A stretch of DNA of 52,845 nucleotides, taken from IMG/VR virus record IMGVR_UViG_3300044825_001160, positions 1 through 52,845 of that record; one strand, written 5' to 3'. A program made the position numbers and the translations under genes. Under the pieces are notes generated by a model that had not been told where the DNA came from, did not search any database, and saw only the letters and a list, made by a program, of their open reading frames with translations. Positions 34,253 to 44,189 of the stretch are shown piece after piece (position 1 is the stretch's first letter; each line of letters opens with the position of its first letter). The stretch comes from a virus (lineage: Duplodnaviria; Caudoviricetes).

Positions 34253-37200
34253 GGCTCGATACCCAACTCTTTCATGCTATCAACGGATGTCTTCATGATG
34301 GCATTGCGCTCTTGCCTGAGATAGCGCATGTCAGGCGCTTTCTCTTTGGGTGACAGACTCTTGTCTGCCTGAAGCGCACGCATCTCAGCCTGTATGTCTC
34401 GCAGATCACTGCCCGCAATCTGATCGAATATTTCTACGGCAAGTTCTGCATCCGGATTGCGCCGGGTGTACAGGTCATAAGCATCGAAGTTGTTTTGATT
34501 CTTAAAGGCATTCAAGATCGCACGGTGCTTGTCGATTTTCTTTTTGACATCGTAGTACTCACGCGGATCAACTTCGATCCGCTTGCCAATGAACATGTCC
34601 AGAGCAATCAGATCTTTCTTCGCATCGAAGTCTTTGCGTCCGGTCATGGTCAGGCCGAGCCCGTGGAGTTCATGCGCCATCTTGCCAATAGCATCGCCGT
34701 AGCTACTAACAAAGAAGTTTATGTTCTCAGGGCTCATTTTGTTGGGATCAACGGGCACGCCGATTTCGTTCCCAAACTCCACTACCGCCTGCGCTATCTC
34801 ATGGTAAAGCTCAGGCGTGAAGTCGCCGCCGGTATACGCCGCGCCGTACTTGTTCTCTTTGCTGATGTTGATCTCTCTGCCAAGCGCGTCCAGTCCCATC
34901 ATGAATTCCAGAACCGGGCGACCGACAGAAGGCATGGCAGTGGATAGGACAAATTCTCCGGGGTGTTCCAACGGGGAATAGCGCGGAACGGGAAGAGGCA
35001 GGAACGAATCAAGCCCGATAGGTATCGCGTTCTTTATCACATCAAGCAAAGAGTTTTGCCCTGTCAGAAGCGCCCCAAGTTGCGCACCGAGCGCGCCGAA
35101 AGCACCGATACCGAATCCCCACGGGATCTGAAGGAAGTCGTTCCGCTCCCCTGCAAACTTGACCGGCAGACGAAGGTTACGCACCCACATCGCCATGTCA
35201 TCGTTCTTGACTATATTGCGTCCTTCTTCGTCCTGCCCTGCCATCGACAGAGCTATTAAATACGACGCCACACCCACGCCGGTCAGAAAACCCATCATGA
35301 TCTTGGCGTTCTTCGCACGCCGTGCATGGTCAGCGAGGAAGGCTTGGCGTCCAGCTTCAGCTTGAGGGCTATCACCCTGCAGGGAAGGAGGCAGGAGTGG
35401 CAACAGATTCTCTGGCCGTTGGAATGCCGGAAGCAGTGCGTCAACTGCGCGAACGGCAGATGTCACTGAAGGACGCAGGAAGATGAAGACTGAGCCAAGC
35501 TGCCGACCGAACCGCCCCACCTGCTCGTAGTTGAATAGGTTCTTGGTGTAGGCCACCGCTTCTTGCTTGAGCGCGCTGCGTACTGCGGGGTCATTCAGGT
35601 TCTGCCCGTCATCCCGCGCTCGCGCCATCAGTTCATCGCGCACAACAGCGTACGCTGCAGCACGGCTGGTGAACTCAAACATGTCAGCCCATGTGCTGAA
35701 GACCTCATCTATCTTCATCTTTGCGCGGCCCAGTTTGCCCGCGCCAATCTGCTCCATCTGCGTCTCGATCTGCCCAGCAATGCTCAAGCTGTTGCTATAG
35801 GCACTGCGTCCACCCATCGAGATAAATTCGTAGATATCATTAACAAACGGGTTCTTAGCCGCCATGCTTTTGATCTTGGCGGTGTCTCCCTTGTGATAGT
35901 AATAAGCTACCTTGCCAGCACGAGCGAGACCCAGCGTGGCGACCTTGGCACTGATATTGGCGATAAACCTTGCAGCGGTCTTGGGGCCTAGCTCTGCCCC
36001 CATGTTCCATGCGTTCGTCAGGAAGTCTCGGACGAAGTTACCCGGGTGGAATCCAAGGTTATAGAACGTATGCTGCCGCCCGATGAATTGGGTAATGCTG
36101 TTCATCGCACGGAATCCCCAGTGCAAATCACTGGACAGACCGCGAATGGACTCCACGATACCGGGGTTCTTGATCTCCAGTATTTGCACGCTGCCGTCTG
36201 GCAGGTATGTAACGAGCTTGTTCCGCTTATCAAGAAGCTCTTTCTCGATCTTCTCGCGATCCGCAAACGGAATCGGCTTGTGTGGTTTGCCTGTGAGGTG
36301 CCCTTGTTTTATCTGGTTCTTAATTGCGTCAGTGATACCAACACGCGATGCGCGCCCCGCTGCCAGATGGGCATCGAGCATCAACTGATAGATCGGGTTT
36401 TCCGTCGAGGTTCTGCGACCAAGCGCCTTCATAGGCAACTGGGTAAAGGCTGATCCGAGCGGCTCTACGTTGGACAACTCGTACTTGAGATCCTGCGAAC
36501 CAACTTTGGTGCCGGATTTGATCATGCCTTTGTACGGTACATAGTTCTTGTACCCGTAGAACCACCGAACGCCATCGACCGCAGGGTTCCAGTAGTTCGC
36601 TTTGCGGTCCAGTTCAATAACAACTTCGTTTAGTTCTTCAATAGCTTTGAAGTATGCGTTGAGTTCTGCTTGATGCGGACTGTTCTTGATCGAATCCAAA
36701 ACGGTAGCAACTTCTCCCGCCTTAAACCCGCCCACCACGTCATAGGCCGGATGGTTCTGATCCAGATACTCAGGTCCGGACTTGGCTTTAACAGTAGGGC
36801 TGTCGCCACCTTCTTTGGCGTAGCGGGAGACAAGCGTCCGTAGCTGTTTCTGAAGACTCTCTGCCGTCGCTTTGTCTGGGCTGGAGTTCTTTGCCTGCAT
36901 GATTGCTTCACGGTAGGTAGCAGGGGTCATCGTCTGCGTGCCTACACGGAGCTTGGTCTGATTATCCAGCGGGACATTCTCAAGGAACTTCTGATAGCGC
37001 CGCTCCTGTTCATGGCGCGCTACGCTCATCGTGCCAAGGAGATCAGTCGCTTCATCGACAGAAAGGTTGTCTGCTTTGGAGAAAGCGGCGACAGCATTAC
37101 TGAGTTTGCGAACAGCCGGCTCGACTAGTTCTTTTACAAACTCATCTGCTTTGGTTGACGAGGTCGTCAACAAGTCATAGATGGCATTCGCATCAGGCCC

Positions 37201-40200
37201 ACTGAGCTTTAGTTTCCCGGCGCGACGTAGATTCTCATCGTGCCTTAGCAGGGGGCGAGCGTAGTTTTGGAAATCGCGGACAGTCTCCTCCCAACCTGTG
37301 TTGGTAAAGATCCGCCTGATGTGTTCGACAAACGCCGTCTTCTCACGCATCTGTTTGTACGGACGCGCATTGTCTGCCGCGATTTCTTCTACCGAACGCA
37401 TTCTGGCAGGGGGTGCCTGTATCCGACTGGGCTGTGCTTTCCGGCGTGCAGCAAGTGGATCAACGTCCATCCCGGCTTTGGGTACGGTCAGGATCTTGTC
37501 GGTAAGCTCAATCGTCTGCAGCAGGACATTGTCCAGACTACCTGCCGACATAACCCGTGTAGATAGCGGGCGTTGTGTTTGCGCGTACTTGTCCAGACCG
37601 AACATCCGCGCCACGGCCAACGTGAATGCCGACCATGCAGTGCGCGCTCTGGCAAAGAAGACCTCTGAGAGTGCAGGGATACGGACTTCAGCAAGACGCG
37701 CTTGGAACGCCGCGTCCGTCATCGCATAGGAAACAAACTCGTATATGTTCTCGTATACCTTCGGGTAGTCTTTGCCGATCTGATTCTTTGTTGCATCAAA
37801 GATCTTGTACAGAACCCCTGCTGCTTCACCTTGTTCTTGAGTGACTTGCCGTCCTGCCGCGTAATCGCGCAGTACCCGTACTGTAGCAGCGTGAACCATC
37901 TCATGCAGGATGGTTGTATCGGTCAAACCTTCTTCGGTGAAATAGAACGTGTTGGATCGCGGGTTGTACTCCGCTACCTTACCTTCCTTCTTGAGGCGCT
38001 CGATAACCGCCTGATGCGGCCCCTTGGCGGTTCCTTCAACGTGGATGCCTGCACCACCGAACGCTCTTTTACCCCACGTTACTGGAACCTGCTCTCCTTT
38101 CTTACCAGCCGAAAGGGGCTGGCCGAGCGATATCATCCGGCCACGAGTGCGCTCTATCGTGCTGCCTTTTGGCAGCGGCACCATCCGCTCATACTTGGGC
38201 TTGAACTTCTTTAAGAGTTTGGTTGCGTCTTCGCCAAGTTCTGACTTCTTGAGATCGAAGTCCGCATTAATACGGTCCTCTACTTCCCGCATCAATCTGG
38301 CGTAGTCGCTATTACCTCTCCGAATTCCGAGTTCTCGGGCAGCGCGGGCCTGTTCTTTTTTAATTATTTTAGAGCGGTCATCACGGCGTTCCACGACATT
38401 AAACAGGCGATCCGCCAGCCAGCGCAGGGGGGACATCTGACCCTGTATGACGCCGGTCATGCCGGTGCGCGCACCGCGAGTTTCTCCTCCCGCCTCTGTG
38501 GTCAGGACATAGAGCGCCCTACCAAGGTCTCCTTTACGCAGGGCATCCACGGCTCCTTCAGAGCGCGCAGGGGGAGCAGGAGGTTCTTCGGTTATGTCGA
38601 GCGCACGCGGGCCTTCAGCAGGGCGCGGCTGCACGGTGCTTTCAATCATCATGGTGCCGCTTGGCGGCTTGGCACCGGGGATTTCTTCCTGTGGAACAGG
38701 CGCTGCCTGCGCTCTTGGGCGGAGGTCGCCTTGGCCTTCAAACTGATACGGTACGTTTTCTTTGACTATCGGGGCTTCAGCTACGGGGGCCTCAACTGCA
38801 GGGACTTCAGCTAGTGCAACGTCTTTGACTACCGGGGCTTCAGCTACGGGGGCCTCAACCGCAGGGACTTCAGCTAGTGCAACGTCGCCTCTTCCTTCTG
38901 CAGGCACACCACCAGCAACGCCTTCGCCAATTCCTCCCATTCCGGTATCGATAGCTCCCGCAGTTCCGGCTCCAGCTTCTGCGCCGGGTTCGACAGGAAC
39001 AGCCACGCCTTTTCTACGAGTTCCCTTTCCACGTTTCTTCTCCGTAACGGGTACTTGTTCTGGAAGCTCGATGGGCGCGAGTTGGTAACCCTGTCCGGGT
39101 TTTACAGGCTTGATGATGTCGCCACGCTCAACAAGCTGGCGATGAATATCTCTTGCTTCTGTCAGTGTCCCGCCAAGGATATTTTTTATCCCCACAGGGT
39201 TAGGCGCTATGGTGCCTTCGCGGAGTTTTGCAAGCGCTTGATCAAGAAGGTTTACTTGGGGCGGTCCCTCAACCGCCTCAGCTACTTCTGCTACCTCAGC
39301 TACCTCAGCTACTTCAGGCGCAGCTTTTTCTTCTGCCTGTTCAACCGGTACATCTTCAGTAATCTCACCAAGGAGATCACCAAACGCAGGGCGAGCGGCT
39401 TCGGGTTGCGCTTCAGCGGCAGGGGCTTCGGCGGCGGGGGCCTCTTCTGTCGCCGGGGCAGCAGGTTCTGCGGCTGGGGTTTCTGCGGCTGCGACTTCTG
39501 TGGTTGTGGGCTGGGTGAGTTCAAATTTACGTCCCCTCTTCGCAATATCTCCACGCTCAACTAGCATCCCGTGGATGTTCTTCGCTTCATCCAGCGAAAG
39601 ATTCAGATCCTTGAGAGCCTTCTGGATACCGATGGGCGTCGGAGATTTGTTCTCTGTACGTAAGGCATTGAGGGCGTTATCCAGCAGGGCAGTGCGTTCA
39701 TCCAGCGTCCTGCGCGCACCTTGACGGTCTGAGATACCACCTACAACACCAACAGGAGACATCAACGCAGCCGCATATGCGGCATGGACATATTCGCCTA
39801 GTGCTTCATCACTGAACAATTCTTGGCCGGCTTGCGCCCGGGTAAGTAACTGCTGAGTAACTTCTGTCGGTACTTCAATAGCTGCAGTTAACGCCGTGCC
39901 CTTGCCTGCAGCCGCCAAAAGGCGTTGGCGAGCGAGCTTCTCCAACGCAGCGCGCTCTGCTTTACTCCCGGTCTCCAGTACCTGACCGAACTGTTTGCCA
40001 AGCAGCTTTCCAACCAGAACCTTACCGAAAGGAACGGCTGCAGCAGCAACATCCAACCCGGACTGTGCCGTAGCGGCGGCAAGTGCACGACCTTCTTGAA
40101 TATCAACCGGCTTGCCTTCCGCCTGCTGTACCGCTGCCTGCTGCTCGATGTTGCTGCCGTACTGGCTTGGGAGGATGGACAGCACACTGCCCGCTACTGC

Positions 40201-40668
40201 GCCGATTGGTACAGACAAACCACCTGTGAACGGAGCAAGGGCACCGCCCAGTTTTGCTCCCCCGGCAGCGCCCAATGCCATGGTGCCGAGAGCAGCGCCC
40301 GTCTCCGCAATAGCGGTTGGGATCTGAGAAACGACTTCTTTGCCTGCACCGAGCAGACCGGATTCTTCGTAGGCGCGGCGTACCGCCTCAAGATCCGTAC
40401 CCGGAGCATACTGTTCTTGGATGGCTTTCTGCCGCTCCAGTCCTTCTGCCGCTGCCTCTTCTGAAGAACCGAGTAAAGACTTCGCCGCTGTCAGCGAACT
40501 TGATGCCAGTGACTTAGCGCCACTGACGGCGGAGGACAGGATGCCGGATTCTTGGAAGTCTTCAGGCTTGGCTATGCCCGATTTAATCGCCTTATCGCGA
40601 ACAGCCTCTTTACTGGTTCCTTCGGGAACCCCAGTAATCAACCTGCCATTCGGAAGAAGTACATCCAT
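34249..40668 (-). CDS. Giant internal virion / ejection protein with zincin metallopeptidase motif (polyvalent-protein-like)
   Basis: 2139 aa; ILHEMVHAA (37891-37905) plus downstream YEFVSYA; hydrophobic Gly/Ala segments; C-terminal region resembling LPD38-type domains (LQIPWGFG, DALGREI). Confidence 0.7.
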   Translation of the reverse strand: MDVLLPNGRLITGVPEGTSKEAVRDKAIKSGIAKPEDFQESGILSSAVSGAKSLASSSLTAAKSLLGSSEEAAAEGLERQKAIQEQYAPGTDLEAVRRAYEESGLLGAGKEVVSQIPTAIAETGAALGTMALGAAGGAKLGGALAPFTGGLSVPIGAVAGSVLSILPSQYGSNIEQQAAVQQAEGKPVDIQEGRALAAATAQSGLDVAAAAVPFGKVLVGKLLGKQFGQVLETGSKAERAALEKLARQRLLAAAGKGTALTAAIEVPTEVTQQLLTRAQAGQELFSDEALGEYVHAAYAAALMSPVGVVGGISDRQGARRTLDERTALLDNALNALRTENKSPTPIGIQKALKDLNLSLDEAKNIHGMLVERGDIAKRGRKFELTQPTTTEVAAAETPAAEPAAPATEEAPAAEAPAAEAQPEAARPAFGDLLGEITEDVPVEQAEEKAAPEVAEVAEVAEVAEAVEGPPQVNLLDQALAKLREGTIAPNPVGIKNILGGTLTEARDIHRQLVERGDIIKPVKPGQGYQLAPIELPEQVPVTEKKRGKGTRRKGVAVPVEPGAEAGAGTAGAIDTGMGGIGEGVAGGVPAEGRGDVALAEVPAVEAPVAEAPVVKDVALAEVPAVEAPVAEAPIVKENVPYQFEGQGDLRPRAQAAPVPQEEIPGAKPPSGTMMIESTVQPRPAEGPRALDITEEPPAPPARSEGAVDALRKGDLGRALYVLTTEAGGETRGARTGMTGVIQGQMSPLRWLADRLFNVVERRDDRSKIIKKEQARAARELGIRRGNSDYARLMREVEDRINADFDLKKSELGEDATKLLKKFKPKYERMVPLPKGSTIERTRGRMISLGQPLSAGKKGEQVPVTWGKRAFGGAGIHVEGTAKGPHQAVIERLKKEGKVAEYNPRSNTFYFTEEGLTDTTILHEMVHAATVRVLRDYAAGRQVTQEQGEAAGVLYKIFDATKNQIGKDYPKVYENIYEFVSYAMTDAAFQARLAEVRIPALSEVFFARARTAWSAFTLAVARMFGLDKYAQTQRPLSTRVMSAGSLDNVLLQTIELTDKILTVPKAGMDVDPLAARRKAQPSRIQAPPARMRSVEEIAADNARPYKQMREKTAFVEHIRRIFTNTGWEETVRDFQNYARPLLRHDENLRRAGKLKLSGPDANAIYDLLTTSSTKADEFVKELVEPAVRKLSNAVAAFSKADNLSVDEATDLLGTMSVARHEQERRYQKFLENVPLDNQTKLRVGTQTMTPATYREAIMQAKNSSPDKATAESLQKQLRTLVSRYAKEGGDSPTVKAKSGPEYLDQNHPAYDVVGGFKAGEVATVLDSIKNSPHQAELNAYFKAIEELNEVVIELDRKANYWNPAVDGVRWFYGYKNYVPYKGMIKSGTKVGSQDLKYELSNVEPLGSAFTQLPMKALGRRTSTENPIYQLMLDAHLAAGRASRVGITDAIKNQIKQGHLTGKPHKPIPFADREKIEKELLDKRNKLVTYLPDGSVQILEIKNPGIVESIRGLSSDLHWGFRAMNSITQFIGRQHTFYNLGFHPGNFVRDFLTNAWNMGAELGPKTAARFIANISAKVATLGLARAGKVAYYYHKGDTAKIKSMAAKNPFVNDIYEFISMGGRSAYSNSLSIAGQIETQMEQIGAGKLGRAKMKIDEVFSTWADMFEFTSRAAAYAVVRDELMARARDDGQNLNDPAVRSALKQEAVAYTKNLFNYEQVGRFGRQLGSVFIFLRPSVTSAVRAVDALLPAFQRPENLLPLLPPSLQGDSPQAEAGRQAFLADHARRAKNAKIMMGFLTGVGVASYLIALSMAGQDEEGRNIVKNDDMAMWVRNLRLPVKFAGERNDFLQIPWGFGIGAFGALGAQLGALLTGQNSLLDVIKNAIPIGLDSFLPLPVPRYSPLEHPGEFVLSTAMPSVGRPVLEFMMGLDALGREINISKENKYGAAYTGGDFTPELYHEIAQAVVEFGNEIGVPVDPNKMSPENINFFVSSYGDAIGKMAHELHGLGLTMTGRKDFDAKKDLIALDMFIGKRIEVDPREYYDVKKKIDKHRAILNAFKNQNNFDAYDLYTRRNPDAELAVEIFDQIAGSDLRDIQAEMRALQADKSLSPKEKAPDMRYLRQERNAIMKTSVDSMKELGIEP
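38761..38886 (-). repeat. 63-bp in-frame tandem duplication
   Basis: 38761-38823 and 38824-38886, 2 mismatches; encodes DVALAEVPAVEAPVAEAP(V/I)VK. Confidence 0.9.
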
Positions 40669-42269
40669 TACATGCTATCCCATCTTACTGGTGCCGAATC
40701 AGTAGATGATGTTGGCTGTGCTCCCACCTGCCCCATAAGCAGTTCATACGGCACGCCAAAAACCTTGGCAACGCGTTGTATTTCTTGTTGTGCTTCAGGA
40801 ACGCCCTCCGCAGCTTTCTTTAAAGTTATCCGCGTGCGAGGGTCCAACAGATAGTCAGCAATTGCTTTTGCTGTACGTTGATCAATATTCGCCATACCGG
40901 TCTGGTAACCAGCTTGACTCTCACGAACATATTGAGCGGCTTCTTTGATACTAGCGAGTTTCGCTTCCGCCGCTGCGCGTTCTTTAGTTCCCGGTCTAGT
41001 ATTATTAACTTCTTCAAGCGCATCCGTATGTGCGCGATTAAGCCTTTCTAATTCAGTCGTAGGTGGGCGCATCCCAGTAGCACGCTGTCCAGCTATGGCC
41101 ATACGGGATTGGATTTCTTTTTCTTTCATAGCGAGATCCGCCCCCGCACCCATTAGGGCGTCGAGTCCTTTTTCGCTATCTCTGATACGTGCCATGTCAT
41201 CTGCATAAGCAGCCAGACCTTCCGCATCGCCACGCGCTTTGGCTTCTTCCATCGCCTGCGCCAAAGCAAACTTCCGTTCTTCCATCGCTTCGCGTGCAGC
41301 CAATGCGCGATCTTCAAGGTCACCTTTGGTCTGCGCATAGCCCGCCAGACCTTCGGCAAGGGAACCAAGGAACGTAGCACCGGGCTGTGAAGCCGCCTGT
41401 GCCATCTTGAATCCCGCCGCCGCTTTGCCAAGTTTTGTTTTCTTGGCAAGCTCTTCTTCTAGCTTCGACCCACGTCCTTCAATGGCGGCAGCGCGGTCTT
41501 TCAACGCCTGCCCATAACCGCTCTTTTCGCGTCTGGCTTGAGCTTCGGCCATGTATTCTTCGCGAGTCTTTTTCTTACCTTCCAGTTCTTTTTCAAGGTC
41601 CGCCCTACGCCGAGCAAGAAACGCTGAAAAATCCGGATTAGATAGATCTACTTCACTTGAAAAACCTTCTGCGCCAGCCCCGCCAAGTATGTCCGCCAAA
41701 GACATTTCAGGAGCAGGCTCTTCTTCGCCCGGAACACGTACACCATAGGCATCGTAATCAGGCTCTACTTCCTGCATGTACGGGTTATTCAGGCCACCCT
41801 CTTGGAACGCCACGATGCCACCTGCAGCCATACCGGGTGCGCCGGGAGGCGGACCTTCCAGTGCAGGGGCGGGGAGCGTAGCCAGTCCTGCATTCATCAT
41901 TGCAGGCGGCGGGGGTGGCGGCATCGCACCGGGCGGAGGAGCGCCGGGAGGCATAGCACCGGGTGGAGGCATACCGGGAGGCATAGCACCTTGCGGCGGC
42001 ATCTGCTGGGGCATGGGTTGGCCAGTGATGGCGGAGCGGATCTTCGTCTGAAGATCATTCATCACATTGCCCGGAGGCGGGCCTTGCATAAAACCGGACT
42101 TCGTTATCCGGTCAGCCATTTGTTTGATAGCCAGTGCATCGCCAAACGGCATCAGTCCTGACTGAGCGGCGCGTGTAGCCGCCATAGCTACCTGATCAGG
42201 TGGCATCCCCTTGACAGAGCCTAGCCACGCCCGGGACTTCTCGCCAAGAAGAGGGTTTGAATCAAACAT
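40668..42269 (-). CDS. Putative internal virion / ejection protein
   Basis: 533 aa; Pro/Met-rich linker, MAAGGIVAFQEGG, long coiled coil. Confidence 0.6.
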   Translation of the reverse strand: MFDSNPLLGEKSRAWLGSVKGMPPDQVAMAATRAAQSGLMPFGDALAIKQMADRITKSGFMQGPPPGNVMNDLQTKIRSAITGQPMPQQMPPQGAMPPGMPPPGAMPPGAPPPGAMPPPPPPAMMNAGLATLPAPALEGPPPGAPGMAAGGIVAFQEGGLNNPYMQEVEPDYDAYGVRVPGEEEPAPEMSLADILGGAGAEGFSSEVDLSNPDFSAFLARRRADLEKELEGKKKTREEYMAEAQARREKSGYGQALKDRAAAIEGRGSKLEEELAKKTKLGKAAAGFKMAQAASQPGATFLGSLAEGLAGYAQTKGDLEDRALAAREAMEERKFALAQAMEEAKARGDAEGLAAYADDMARIRDSEKGLDALMGAGADLAMKEKEIQSRMAIAGQRATGMRPPTTELERLNRAHTDALEEVNNTRPGTKERAAAEAKLASIKEAAQYVRESQAGYQTGMANIDQRTAKAIADYLLDPRTRITLKKAAEGVPEAQQEIQRVAKVFGVPYELLMGQVGAQPTSSTDSAPVRWDSM

Positions 42270-42281
42270 AATGCCTCACCT

Positions 42282-43325
42282 TTAGCCCATCAGGCTGCCG
42301 ATACCGTAGCCAAGCCCCGCCAGTTGACCCATCGTACTAGGACTGCCGCCATACGTTGAAGAGACCGACTGATACGTCGGTACACCGCGCAGAATGTCAG
42401 ACATGAAGGCAAGCTGCTGGTACGGGTACTGCTGCGCCTGCATAAAGTTCTTGTACTGGGCGTCGTAAGCTCTCTGCTCCGGAGTCTGGAACTGCTGACC
42501 AGCTTGGAGCAGTGCTCGGTTGAGCTCCATCTGCTGCTGGAACTGCTGACTGCCCAGTTGACCAAGCTGTTGCGCGGCCTGAAGCTGCGCTTGCAGACCC
42601 TGAAGCCCGAGGTTGGCACCAAACTGGCGGCTCTGTTCCCCAAGCTGACGGGCTTGCATCCGCATCTCGCCTGTACGCATCTGGGCTTGTTGGTTCGCCA
42701 GATCCGCCTGCAACCGCGCTTGGCGTTGCGCCTCAAACATTTGCTGCGCATTCTGGAACCCGCCCTGATACCCACGGGCACGGATATCTGCAAGCTGGTC
42801 ACGCAGCGCACGGTTCTTCTCTGCCTGAAGCAACGCTTGGCGTGAACCGCCCAGACCGCCGACCTGCGTCGTAACGGACGCTAGCTGAGGAAGACTGTTG
42901 GCATAATCTTCAATGGCACCGAGCCGTTCACGCTTCATCACCTCTTCAAGATAGGGTGACATATACCGTTCAACCCGCTCTTGGTTGTAGCTGAGCGGAG
43001 AAACTTCATCAGGGGCCGCGAACTGATACCGCGCCGCTTCGTAATCATCTATGTTCCGCGCACCCAGTGCAGCAAGACCTGTCATCCCCGTCGCTTGTGT
43101 AAGCGCAGCGGGGGTCTGCATCTGATAGAGATTTTGGTACGCCTGTTCCTGAAGCGGGTTATAACCCGCGACTTGTTGCCCGGTGTAGGCTTGGTAGGGG
43201 TTGTACTGAGAAAGAGCCTGTGCCTGTCCCATCAACCGGGAGGCATAGGGCATCAATGCTTCTGGGATACTGTTCTGGTTAACGGTTGTCGTTGTAGGCC
43301 CGCTTTTTCCGCCGCCGCCGCTCAT
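42282..43325 (-). CDS. Putative DNA-transfer / ejection protein (Gln-rich)
   Basis: 347 aa; MSGGGGKSG start, YMSPY, GGSRQ, YPYQQLAFMSDILRG, hydrophobic Gly-rich C-terminus. Confidence 0.6.
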   Translation of the reverse strand: MSGGGGKSGPTTTTVNQNSIPEALMPYASRLMGQAQALSQYNPYQAYTGQQVAGYNPLQEQAYQNLYQMQTPAALTQATGMTGLAALGARNIDDYEAARYQFAAPDEVSPLSYNQERVERYMSPYLEEVMKRERLGAIEDYANSLPQLASVTTQVGGLGGSRQALLQAEKNRALRDQLADIRARGYQGGFQNAQQMFEAQRQARLQADLANQQAQMRTGEMRMQARQLGEQSRQFGANLGLQGLQAQLQAAQQLGQLGSQQFQQQMELNRALLQAGQQFQTPEQRAYDAQYKNFMQAQQYPYQQLAFMSDILRGVPTYQSVSSTYGGSPSTMGQLAGLGYGIGSLMG

Positions 43326-43762
43326 GTAGACACCTCGTCAAGGTATTTCTCGTAAATCACCGTCTGGATATTGCAGCCGTGTTTTTCTGCGTGGCGTTTC
43401 CAGCCGGGGCGTCCAAAGAACTCAATTCCAGAACAGCCCGTGTCCCTTGCAAACCGTTCAAAGACTTTAAAGACCTCATCTCCCGCTTTCTCCAGTACGC
43501 TGAAATCGCCTGCGCAGTACTGAAGAACAAGCATCTTGCAACGCGGATACTCTTTTACTTCTGTGATGACATACCCGTCAGGGTTGTTCGCGTCTTCCCA
43601 CACCATCCACAGATTCATCTGCCCGGAGTACAAGAACGCAATGATGTCATCTACATTTGCCCTCCCTCGCGTCCACATCTCGGAGACTTCAAGATGCCGA
43701 GCGAGAGAGGGGAGAACTCTGTAATAGTAACCGTACGGAACTAATGAAACTGTTTTTGCCAT
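43322..43762 (-). CDS. GNAT-fold-like virion assembly protein
   Basis: 146 aa; FARDTGCSGIEFFGRPGWKR; position before the ejection proteins as in other podoviruses. Confidence 0.55.
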   Translation of the reverse strand: MAKTVSLVPYGYYYRVLPSLARHLEVSEMWTRGRANVDDIIAFLYSGQMNLWMVWEDANNPDGYVITEVKEYPRCKMLVLQYCAGDFSVLEKAGDEVFKVFERFARDTGCSGIEFFGRPGWKRHAEKHGCNIQTVIYEKYLDEVST

Positions 43763-44182
43763 TTATATACCGTAACGACGGGGAAGGGGGAGCGATGCAA
43801 TCCCCGCTGCTTGCGGAGCACTCGCAGGATACCCTACCGGACCACCGTTCATATAGCCAACCGTCCCGCCGCCAGCAAGGGAAGAGCCATTAACAAACCC
43901 GTAGGGGTTTTGCCCCATGTAGGTCGGCATGGGAGCGTACGGGTCCATCTGGTTCATACCCATGTTGTACGGGCTTTGACCGAACCCACCTTCCGGAATG
44001 TAGCCGCCCGCTGCCATACCAACAGGGCTTTGCGGCGTACCGGGGGGAGCCGGTGGGATAAAACGCGGAGGCATTTGCGCACCGCCAAACATACCACCGC
44101 CCCCACGCATCATAGGGGGAATCACCTGCTCACGCCGGCTTGATACGGGGCGGTTCCCAGCTACAGCACCTCTGCTCATCAC
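43763..44182 (-). CDS. Low-complexity Gly/Pro/Met protein with AxGG motifs
   Basis: 139 aa; GGAG RBS; MAAGG, YMNGG, AGIASL. Confidence 0.55.
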   Translation of the reverse strand: MMSRGAVAGNRPVSSRREQVIPPMMRGGGGMFGGAQMPPRFIPPAPPGTPQSPVGMAAGGYIPEGGFGQSPYNMGMNQMDPYAPMPTYMGQNPYGFVNGSSLAGGGTVGYMNGGPVGYPASAPQAAGIASLPLPRRYGI

Positions 44183-44189
44183 TTAGCTC

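Noticed and set aside
38245-38275. NADFD in the 2139-aa protein as an RNA polymerase catalytic motif
   Set aside because: It reads NADFDLK and lacks the GD of NADFDGD; no other polymerase motifs seen
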